The notes under the pieces were generated by a model. That model did not search any database, was not told the DNA's origin, and saw only the letters and a list, made by a program, of their open reading frames with translations. A program made the position numbers and the translations under genes. A DNA stretch of 57,132 nucleotides, counting the filler, from Circinaria calcarea (lineage: Eukaryota): NCBI GenBank assembly GCA_051942165.1. It is 2 parts of 2 records of this genome, joined end to end, with 100 filler letters (N's around TTAATTAATTAA, not from the genome) between each part and the next. Parts side by side here need not be neighbours in the genome. Positions count along the whole stretch, not along the records: positions 28,671 to 57,132 come from JAVECS010000055.1; 1 more part is not named here. One strand, given 5' to 3'. Positions 46,632 through 57,132 of this stretch are shown piece by piece; the stretch's first letter is position 1; the number at the start of each line of letters is the position of its first letter.

Positions 46632-49600
46632 TTAACGCATCCGACTCGCAATATCTCTAGCTACATAGATTTGACCATACAAATCAGTAACTCCTACAAA
46701 CAGCCCCAACATATTTATTACCCGAGCTGGCACCCGCTTTTTCAGTTCGTACAATGCCTTCATCATACAATTACGTTCATACTCTGCAATTTCAAATAGT
46801 TCAGCTTTGATTTCATCTTCTCTTACCTCCGGTTTCCTTCCTAATTCGAACTCCTGCCGCTGGCTTTCGCCCTTCGCTTCCGTGTGGAATTCGGGGAAGT
46901 TGACACTGTTGAGATTACGCTCTTGCCTGTCACGCTTGATTGATCCATAGTCGTTATATTGCCAACACATGACGGCTAGGTGGCAACAGAGATCCTGTGC
47001 AAGATACTTTGAGTATGCACCCTTGAAACAGTCAGAAGCTCCGAGGCTGGTAAGACAGATAACGAATGCAAAAGAGTACGGGCAAGAGGTATGTTCTGCA
47101 GACGTTGTATGCACCCAGCTGAAATATGTACTCTTTGGGCTGAGGAAAGGGATCGTCGTTCCGGGAATGACCTGATGCGAGAATCGGTAATTATCCTCGA
47201 TTTGGACCATGTGGGCGAAAAGGAAGGCTTGAAGTTCTCGCCTTAGATTTCTTTGATCGTGGACACTTGCTTTAATGATCTTTGGATGATCTAAAACATG
47301 ATGGACGAATCGACCTAGAGTATGTTTGACAGTATTCGGGCTAACTGATCCTAATGGCTCCTCCGGCCCTCCAAGTCTATGCCCAAATCCGTTGATCCCG
47401 CCTCTACTTGTCTTGGAAGCTATCCCGTTCTCGCAGCGATTGGTCAGTTTTATAGGCTGTTCAAAAAAAGAACGGACAATCTCCCTAATAGGTCCAAGGT
47501 TGCCCTCGAAATGTTCTCCCACGACTGCTTCCATGAATTCATCTGTTTGATAGTTAAGCATCGAAATCTCCATCATTTCCTCCAAAAAGTTGGCGCTAAG
47601 CGGAGTTTCCTGCAATCTATTTGTGGTTGTCCATGTTAAAGGAATATATTCTAAATACTTGTCCTCTGTCATTTTGTATCGGGGAAAGATGTCCCGGGAT
47701 ATACGTTTCAACCGGGGGAGGAACAGGTATCCTTCGATAAGTAACGATCGAAGCTTCCATTTCGACTTTTCCGGAGTTTGGAATAATGGCAGTCGGGAGA
47801 AGAAATGGAGGAAACCCTCTACGGACTTTAGGGGAACGCTTGTAAGATCCAACACTGCATTTCCCCACATATCGTCTGCCATGGGTGCGTTCATTGCAGC
47901 GAGACAATAAGTTTGGGAGAGAACTGTAGAGCCATAGGATACCTTCTCGATCCATATTTGATCTGGTTCTTCAAGCCAACTACCACTCGATATGAATTGG
48001 CCAAGAAATAGTCGGCCTGATGCGATTGCGGCCTCGATTTCAGGTTTAAGTGCGCTAGCCCAAGGAAGTGATGAAAGATATACCAAGGTTAAAACAGCAT
48101 AGGCGGTGGTTTCATGCGACTGGCTTCCCCAGGATACTGTGGGATCTTGGCTCCGGAGCGTTCGAACTAGTATTTGGAAAAGCACAACGGGAATCTGGTC
48201 CGAAAGTCTGCTAGGTATGGCTAGTTTGTCCGATAAGCCACTTAAGCGTCCAGAGTCCCAAACACGGAGCAGCCGCACCAGTGCCTAGGATAAAAGCATC
48301 CAAGGGTACTGCATTGACACATTCTGGTCTCGGTTAGAATGCATATATTCGAGCTTTGAGTGTGACGTTACACCCATTTATCTTTCAACGGGCCTTCCCA
48401 CCAAGACTTGCAGAGAAACGACGCTGCCTTGAATATCTGATCTGCATAGATGTTTGGATCGGGCCCATAAAGAAGGGCACATAAAACATTGCAATTGGCG
48501 CTAAAACTTGGGTTCCGCTCTATTATATACGTTTTGAAATACGTTTCGGTCTCGAATTCAGCGATCATCTGTGCTGGGGATGCAGACCTTTTAAGCAAAC
48601 TGAGTGATAATATCGTTTTTGCAGTATCATCTGCATCTGCAAGCAGATCGGGCGCTGACAAAGAGTTAGTAGGTACCATTCTTTCAGATTATATCAAAAC
48701 TCTTACCAAACCCGAGGAGGCCATTCGCGGCATGAAGGTGCTGTTCTAAAAAGTCTCCAATAAATCCAACGTTTTCGAGGCCTAAGTCATCTGGATTGAA
48801 GCCAGCAAGGAGAAGAGTGGAAAGAACCCAGCTCAACTCAAAAATCAGTGTGGGAAAAGCACTGAGAACACCACCGCCTCCTTTCCCAGAGCCGGTAGCA
48901 ATAACCGTAGACAGATATTGTTCTGCCTCTTCATCCCAATTCGAGGAATTCATCAAGTACGCCGCTGTCGCTGCTGGAGATGCCATCATACTTCCGGAAG
49001 CCTTGAGATGACCGATATTATTAAATTCGATTGTTCCAATGAAAGCTTCCAATGAGTGGACTAACGTCAGTCTCGTTTGTCCAGAATCGTATAGCATCCG
49101 AGGATCAAATTGTGCAAGTTTATTATTGCCCAGTGCCTTTAGAGCTGGTAGGCCAGGGACGTTGAAGTTAAAACCCTCCTGTTCAAGCAACTGAAGAAGA
49201 GTTGGCACTAAAATTTCAAAGCCAACGTTTTCGCTAGCTTTGACATCCCACACTTCAAGCTGGCCCTGGAGGAAAGATCTTGCTTTGGATATCCGAGAGC
49301 TTACATCGTCTGGTATTGTGCAGTTCAGCGGCTCTGCCATGTACCTTTTTAACGCCAATAAAGCAGCCAGAACATTCAAAACGGCATCTACCGCGGACGC
49401 CGACGCAGACGAGCTGGAAAGCCAACCTCCGTCGGGATTCTGAGCGTCCAGGAGGTATTGAAAACATTCAGGAAACCGCCATTACTTGACTCCTTCATCT
49501 TCTTTCTGAACTAGAGAAACCCAGGCAGAGTCATACGCAACTGTTGAGAACGAGCCGAAACCGCCTTGCAACGTACACCCTTGGGCTAGGAGATTAATAA

Positions 49601-49649
49601 GTGATGTAGCTTGTGCCTGAAGCTGGTTGGGAGGAGTCGGTAATGTCAT
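46632..49649 (-). pseudogene. Bifunctional class II/class I diterpene synthase (fungal CPS/KS family) with two premature stop codons
   Basis: YDSAWV, QNPDGGW, VGFEILVP, HSLEAF, GSMMASPAATAAYL, class II DADDTA, ERNPSFSANCN, KDKWN, WIEKVSYG, class I NYQTDEFME, HTSCPYSF, YNDYGSIKRD..E, TDLYGQIYVARD. In-frame TAA at 49482-49484 (codon 56) and TAG at 48285-48287. Confidence 0.88.
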
Positions 49650-50552
49650 CGCACTTTATGGGCGCAGGGAAGGGAGATAGTGACGTTTCGGAATCGAGAG
49701 AAATCTTACTTGAGAGAACTACTTGGATGGGAGCAAACACGAATTGGACGGAGAACAACCATAAGAAGTAGCCCCCTCTATCCACTTCACAAAAAAAACT
49801 CCACCATTATGGTTGAGGTTGGCGCAGCTTCAGCAGCTATTACAAAAGCAGTAGATCCTGTTGAGCGACGGGGGGCCTGGGGCTGGCATGCACGCCTTCT
49901 AACCGGCATAAGACTGGTTTAGTGGAGCCATGCAGAACATCAATCGCGTCCTGGCTGGAGTATTACCAGCGTATTACAGAATAGTATAAAGGCGGTGTAG
50001 AAGATGGGTGTCACATTCATGCACGTTGCTCTGAGGTAGGAACCACGCAGAACAGAATCACATTAGTGTAATATCTTACCGGCATGCATTAGGATATGCG
50101 GTTGTATCGAGTTGGGGCTGAATGCACCCACACCACCACCGGAGATTGAAAACATTACGGGAAACATTTCGCAATCCCGTCATCTACTATCTCATTACCG
50201 GGATTGGTTAGCGACCAGATACCCTGGCCCTAAGGCGCACCATAAGCTAAGCTTTAGTGGGCTGATGGCTGCAACAGCGACGGAATATGTACCTCGTCGA
50301 TTAAAGACTGAGAAACGCTGTCTATCTAACTACTTTAGATACTCCATATATAGCCTGGACTGACTATGCTGCGGCGTAGCACTGTTGGCAGTTGGCGGAG
50401 CGTCGCAGTAGCGACACGATCTGCCTTTCTGGCAATCTCCTGATTCTGGAGGACAATGATGATGATGATGGTCTCCTTCGACTATTTTCGTTTCCTTTTC
50501 ATCTCTACTTACGATCTTTCCTGCTGTACCACTGAAGATTTAGATAGATAAG

Positions 50553-52404
50553 ATGACTTTCTCGCCTTTTCCATTCCTCGTATATTCAACATCCTTCTCT
50601 CCCTTTCAGTCGATCGAGACAACGGGCTTGTCGCTAAGCTACATTGTCGTAATCGTTGCTATCCTTGCTACTACGATTTTCATCCCCTCATATTTTCGTA
50701 GTAATGACAAGCTCGATGATCCCGTTGTGGGCTATCGGTGGTTCTGGGAGCCAGCTTGGCTCTTGAGGCTTCGCTTCATCACAAATTCGTTTTCAATGCT
50801 CAACGAAGGCTATCGCCAGGTATTACTGCTGGTTCTCCTCCACTGGTGGCGGTAAGCATTAATCGAATAATAGTACAAGAATAGCGTCTTCATCGTTAGG
50901 AGATGTGATACGGACATTGCTATTATCTCCAATAAATATATTGATGAGATCCGCAAACTACCCGAAACTACCATCAGTGTCACCGAGGCGCACATCCAGG
51001 TACGTGCTATTGTGATCATTGCTACACGAGAAAGGGTATCTGATGTTTCCTATCTAGAACTTAGTTGGAGCGTACTCGGGTGTTGTTGATATCATTCGAA
51101 CAAGTGATCTACACAATCGAGCGTTGATCCGAGAGCTAACCTCAAATATTGGTTTGTTCATTGCACCTATTCGGGATGAGCTCGACTTTGCTATTAAGAC
51201 AGAGATGCCCCAAACACATGGTAAGGAATGGCAGGCAACCTTTGGCATATGAAACATTGCTGAACGATGATGCAGAATGGGTCGAGGTCCCAATCGTTGA
51301 CGTCTTACTTCGTATCATTGCACGCGTATCCGCTCGAGTGTTTGTCGGTCTCCCATTATGCCGAGATCCAGAGTGGCTTCAACTCTCCATGGAATTTACT
51401 ATCAACGCTTTTGGTACCGCCATGAGCCTTCGGATGCTCCCATCGTTCCTCCATTTTCTACATCCCGTTATTGTACGATTTCTACCATCCTGGCATCGAC
51501 TCCACCAAAATCGCCGCGTGGCTCAGAAGCTAATTACCCCAATCATCGAAAGACACGTAAGGGAGCGAAAAAATGGGTCAGCCAGCCGGGGAGAGATCTC
51601 TACTCTCCTAACTTGGATGAGCGACTTTGCCGACAATGAACTGGAGGCAGATCCAGAGAACCTTGCCCATCGCCAAATTATGATCGGTCTTGGCTCCATC
51701 CACACCATCAAGAATGCAACTTCTCACCTGATCTATGACCTTTGCGCGCATCCAGAATATATTGCGGAAATGCGAGAAGAAGTTGAGGAACTTTTCCTTA
51801 CCGGTGGCCAATGGGACAAGCCCATACTGACCAAGTTGCGGAAAATTGAGTCTTTGATGACAGAATCACAGCGGATGAACCCCCCTCAACTTCGTAAGCG
51901 TATAATTCTTTCTTACATTTTTTTTGTCCGCAAATCCTATTGACTAACAAGCCTGTTCCAGTCTCCTTCTACCACCGTACTATGAAGCCAGTAACGCTTT
52001 CAGATGGCACCTATCTCCCGGCCCTTACGCAACTCGCCGTCCCCGCCGCCGCAATGCTCTTTGACCCAGCCATCACACCCGATCTGGAGACTTTCGATCC
52101 CTTACGCTCCTATCGCGCTCGTCTCGAGGCAGGCGAGTCCAACCGCCACCAGTATACCATGACAAGCAAGACGCATATGCACTTCGGGCATGGAAAACAT
52201 GCCTGCCCTGGGGGGGCCTTTGCCGTCAACGAGGTCAAGATGATTACCGCTGCTCTACTAATTGGGTTTGACTGGCGCCAAGTGGAGGGAAAGGGCAGAC
52301 CTCGCAATGTGATGCTCGATGAGTATGTTTACCCAGAGCCGGGGACAGGCTTGATGGTTCGGAGGAGGAAGGTTCGGGACGGGATACCGGCACTGGGTGT
52401 ATAG
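50553..52404 (+). CDS. Cytochrome P450, ent-kaurene oxidase/PaxP-like terpenoid-tailoring type (5 exons)
   Basis: N-terminal TM, PVVGY, IDEIRKLPE, ARVSARVFVGLPLCRDPEW, GSIHT, ESQR (ExxR), TLSDG, FDP, heme motif HFGHGKHACPG. Introns at about 50820-50873, 51000-51057, 51221-51275 and 51894-51961; frame open throughout. Confidence 0.9.
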
Positions 52405-53851
52405 AAGGCAGTGGGGGTTACCGAACCTATTCCGGCTTTCTTGGCGAGTCTTATTTAATACCCAACTAGGTTTAGATACTGTAGCAAGGGAGAATGTTTT
52501 CCGTATTCCCGCGGCCAAGTTTAACTATCTATGCCCTAAGTCGGCTAACATACGTAATATATAATGTGCAGTGCAAAACATTGCATAGATTATGCAATGC
52601 ATGCATGCTCTGATCATCCTATAGAGTCTCGACTGTGAAAACCGGCGTTGCCAAAAGCGTCGTAAATATGATTGGGACGCGTGAAGAAGGAGGTGGGGAA
52701 ACGACGCTAATTGGGCGCGCTTTTCCTTCTGTATCTCAGCCTTCCCCCGAGTATTCGCACCATAAACAGACCTAAGGAGATATACTCTGTAGGTAGACTA
52801 TAGATCATATACATACGTTTTTTGTGCAATTGTTCCCGACTTTTCTTTTTGACGACGTACTACCCTCCCTGTAATGCTCCTCTTTTCTGTGGGCAATAGA
52901 CCGGAAGGTCTAGTACAAGCTCGGTACGATTAACTCCCTCAGTCGGCCAAGCATGGGTTTCCTGAATCGTGGTCCCCGCTGTTGCTTTCAGGCTGAAATC
53001 CAACGTCAGCCGTGCTGCAGCTGAAGTGTCCTCGTAAGCCCAGATCATTTCAAAGCACCGGTGCATGGACACGGCCTGCCTGAGGCTATCAGCGAAGAGG
53101 CCAGCTCATACGTCCCAATAGGATTTGCGATCTAAGACTGGGACGCCTGATACACCAAGGAAGGGAGGGGCAGCAGACAGTGCAGCAATGCAGTGGTACC
53201 TAAGGTAGGACTGGAGTAGTTCTATTCTCCGTTTCATGTGGGCAGGAAATGAATTCCAAAAATACCGCTCCAAATGCCATAACCCCCCAGAATACGAGCG
53301 TGCTACCCTAGAGTATCTTAGCACTACAGTCTAATCATGTATTATATGCCACACTCCACACTCCACAGGCACCACAGCCCATTCTGAACCCTACGCAAAT
53401 TATGATAAGCTTACGAGGATGATGTTAGCCATATTCTAACTATGCATTCAATATGGGGGCATTGTGATGAGTGCCCAGGAAGGGAAGCAGGGTGTTCCAA
53501 ATTTATCTTCAGCTATGCTCGATTTCCCAGAAAAAAGCTCGAGGAGCTAGTGCAATGGTCATGGTAGTCAACCGAATCTGTCATAGCTACAGTATATATA
53601 AGGACCAACACAGCTTGCGCCGTACGGACTCTTTGAGCTTTTACCATTTGTTTCGTTTCAGCTCGAGCATCGAGACTCGCTCCGTTCTTGCAGATTGTAC
53701 GACGTTTATGCCGAGGGCATATATGTGTTTGAACGCGTTACTCCGCCAGGCTTCTATCCCCTCATTATACTCAAGATGATGCATCTTTTATTTGTCCCTT
53801 TTCTTCCCTTCATTGTCTGAACAGGTTGGTTGCTTTCGCTCACCTTCAATC

Positions 53852-55666
53852 ATGGCCGTTCTTCCCACGCCCAATGAAGACGTCATTATCCTCTGTTATA
53901 GCTTAGTTGTCATCGCGCTGCTATCGTTGGTAAGCAATGACCCGAACGGCCAGAGCCAAGCTTTGATTACTCCTGCCAGTCGTGCAATGGAGTCGAACGT
54001 AGGATTGGGTAACGCTTACTCTGAACACAGTACCCCATCAGCATCGTCGTTTACAACTTGTATTTCCATCCTCTCTCCAAATTTAAGGGTCCACGGTTCT
54101 GGTGTCTGTCCCGGCTAGGGTTTATCAACTCGCTGGTACGGGGCAACCTCGTCACCGACGTGAGGAGAATTCATGAGCAGTATGGTGACATTGTTCGGCT
54201 TGCACCTAATGAGTTGTCCTTTGCCAAAGAAGGAGCATGGCATGATATTTTCGCAGCCCGCCCAGGCCACAAACCATTCCCCAAGAATCCTATCTTCTTC
54301 AAAGCCCCCCCAGGTCAACCGGAAAACATGGTCACGACCCCGGACGACGCCGACCACTCTCGGATGCGGAAACTACTTGCGCCCGCGTTCACTGAACGCG
54401 CTATGATGAAGCAGGAGCCCATTATCCAGTCCTATGTCAATCTACTCATGAGTAAGCTCAAAGGCTTGGTCAATGAACACGATCCAGAGAAAAAAGGCAC
54501 AGGGGCTGTTGTAAACATTGTCAACTGGTACAACTTCTACACCTTTGATGTTATTGGTAGCCTTGGTTTGGGGGAGGCCTTTGGTTGCCTAGAAAATAGC
54601 ACATATCATCCTTGGGTATCTTTAATCTTTAACTTTCTTAAAGGTAAGACATTCGTTGACCTCCGACTATGTCCGTTGTTATAATGTCAATATGGTAACG
54701 AGTTGGGGGGTTTATTTAATACTAAAATCCGTCGGCTTTATTCAGGTATGACTTTGGCGGCAGCAACACGTTACTACCCTCTGCTGGAACTCCTACTTCT
54801 GAAACTTATACCATCCAGTATCAAGAAGATGCAGAAAGATCATTACCAAGTGGCTCTCGATAAGATTCACCGTCGTATGAATCTTGAGAAAGAGCGTGAC
54901 GACTTCATGACTCCGGTACTCAAGAACAGCCCGAATTTCGAGAAGATGAGCCTTAAGGAAATCGAGTCTACATTTTCCATTCTCATTGTTGCTGGCAGCG
55001 AAACGATTGCAACGGTACTATCGGGCATAACTAACGAACTGGTGAAAGCCCCCACCGAACTGCGCAAACTCGTCCAAGAAATCCGAAGTACCTTCAAAAG
55101 CGAATCTGATATAACCTTCACCGCACTAAAAAATCTTCCTTTCCTCAATGCAGTCTGCCACGAAGGTCTTCGTCTATGCAACCCGGTCTCCGCAGGCTTA
55201 CCCCGTCTAGTACCCAAGGGTGGCGACACCGTATGCGGACACTTTCTTCCCGAATATGTAAGCCTGCTTTTCCTCCTCTCCTACTAAGGCCCACCCTTTC
55301 CACTGACTATCTTCCCCCCGGCCGTTCCAGACCAACGTCACAGTCAGTCCCACCGCCCTCTCCTTCTCTAAAGCCCATTTTGCGCATCCAGAATCCTTCC
55401 TCCCCGACCGGTTCCTCCCCGAATCCTTCCGTCCCGCCCAATTTGCTGCCGATAAACGCTCCAATCAACAACCATTTGGTCTCGGCCCGCGCAACTGCAT
55501 TGGCAAGACGCTAGCGTGGGCACAATTACGCATTGTCCTGGCGAAAATTGTGTGGAATTTCGATATGGAGGCTATGGAGGGGAGGAAGCTGGATTGGATG
55601 AGGCAGAAAACGTTTATCGTTGTGCAGAAGGAGGAGATGATGGTGAGGTTGAAGATGCGGGTGTAG
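53852..55666 (+). CDS. Cytochrome P450, CYP65/Tri11-like (4 exons)
   Basis: YNLYFHPLSKFKGP, HEQYGDIVRLAPNELSF, HSRMRKLLAPAFTERA, WYNFYTFDVIG, AGSET, EGLR, PDRF, heme motif FGLGPRNCIG; stop TAG at 55666. Confidence 0.92.
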
Positions 55667-57132
55667 GGTCTTTGGTGGCGGGAGGAAACGGGTTTGTATA
55701 TATATGAAGGCTGGGCGAGGTGGCATGAGAGGAGATAGATGGACCGAAGTTAAGTCGTGTAAAAGTGGTTGTATTTACCACCCGATATATCCATCCCAGC
55801 GGAGCATGAGACAGGCTATAAACTATTTTTTCATCATCTCAACTTACCCGTATCCAGAGCCAATTTCCTAATCAAATCTTTCTCCGATACAGTTTCCCAG
55901 ATGAAGTCCATCTCCTAAATCAACAATATTCCCTACTCCCCCTTTTTACCAATCTCTGTTCCCAATCCTCAACTCACAGACCCCCCCCCCCACACCGGTA
56001 CACATCGCATCACACACAACCAGTACCGTGACCCTACTCACACGCGGTACCCCAACAACCGTCAAATCCCAACCCAGACGAATCACTACACACCCCCCTT
56101 CCAGACCCTATACCCTCCTTCCCCTGCCCCTGGCCCTGGCCCCCCTTTCAGCGTACGCAAATTCCCCAGGAGCACTACCAGTTCCGCCGATCGACCGATC
56201 CGCAAACGCGGAGCAAATGACCCCTAATGCATATCCGCTGCACCTCTTGCGACACCTATCCTCTCCCTGCGGGATAGGAGAACAAACTGCATTTAGTTCG
56301 GGAACAATTTTTATGTGTCTGCCCTGGCCATTTGGAAGGGAATAAAAAAAGGGAAGGTGGGAGACGGTGGTCGGTTCTGACCTTTTTGAAGGGAGGATTG
56401 ATTGACCTATGCAGAGGGACGGAAAGAAAAAAATAAAAGACGAGGCGAGGAAAAGGAAGAGGACGAGGCGAGGTGGATCGGGGGATATGGCAGGGGTAAC
56501 TGGTCCCCGCTGCTATGCGAAAGACGGATAATCGTGGTTCAGGCCGCCCGTCGCTGGCAAGGCCTCCAATAATGCAGTCGGTGCAGTGTTCTGCACTGCC
56601 TACTGGCTGCACTGCCAAGGTTTCATATATATATAGCGTAGAAAAACTTCAAACCTCCAAATCTCCATTCCATCTCACAGCACCTTTCTCAGTTGTAACC
56701 CATCTTTTCTATGGTCTGTAAAAACCCCCCGAGTCTCAGGGGGGGTCGCCAAGCTTTGGCTATAATACACGGAGCGCGCACTACGATAGAGGGTTATGAG
56801 TCAGTTTCGTGGAAAAAGCGGAGTGTATTCAGTGCTATTTCGTGCTGCCATGCCCGTGTTTCTGCCTCCGTCTTCATAAAAAATATATATTAAGCGAAGG
56901 CAGAGGCACGAGTATACCAATATTTAACAGAAACCGGGGCACGAGGCGCGAGCGTTCGGCAGGCGTAGCCTCTATGGATAGAAGGTATAGGCCGGGAGCA
57001 GTGAATTACGCTAAATTATAAATTCTGGTTTCGGGTAATACTCGGATCGGTATAATACCGGCCGGCCCCCCACCGACGGACTCCCCCCCTGAAACCAGGG
57101 GCGCACTTTTATTTTGCACAATCGTCTATCCA

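Noticed and set aside
48285..49484. A-to-I editing rescue of the premature stops
   Set aside because: A-to-I editing yields Trp (UGG), whereas Gln is expected at these positions, and TAA would need two edits.
49440..49486. GTAATG at the first stop acting as an intron donor
   Set aside because: The sequence immediately downstream ([20 protein letters not shown]) is conserved coding sequence in the same frame, and no branch point is evident.
46632..49649. Alternative genetic code (TAA/TAG = Gln) explaining the synthase's internal stops
   Set aside because: Neighbouring conserved genes end normally at TAA/TAG (EXO70, NAM9, LHP1, LYS2, TRP2) and have no internal TAA/TAG.
55700..57132. Short ORFs at the right end, plus the many antisense/overlapping ORFs in the track
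   Set aside because: These are low-complexity C- or G-rich translations, or shadows of real genes, with no protein-family signal.

Overview
This is intron-rich nuclear DNA from a filamentous ascomycete (Pezizomycotina), with about 23 protein-coding loci and one artificial 100-nt scaffold linker (28571-28670). Most of the window is housekeeping genes: EXO70, a cPLA2/PLB-type phospholipase, LSM4, a PPR protein, NAM9, La/LHP1, a Ctk2-like cyclin, a truncated PPT1, LYS2, LSM1, TRP2 and RRP42. Two accessory blocks interrupt them. The first (5.8-14.9 kb) holds a DHA1 MFS transporter, a fructosamine-kinase-like gene and a fungal NLR (SesB-like alpha/beta hydrolase + NACHT + WD40-like). The second (42.8-55.7 kb) is a putative diterpenoid cluster: a PTH11-like membrane protein, an epoxide hydrolase, a bifunctional CPS/KS-type diterpene synthase and two P450s. 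The most striking feature is that the diterpene synthase carries two in-frame nonsense codons at positions where Gln is expected (TAA 49482-49484, TAG 48285-48287) plus an Arg-to-Trp change in its RxxNDxxS motif. The neighbouring P450s keep open frames but carry odd substitutions, many explicable as sense-strand C-to-T changes. This looks like a cluster caught in early decay. Gene models and family assignments were read by eye, not searched against databases.
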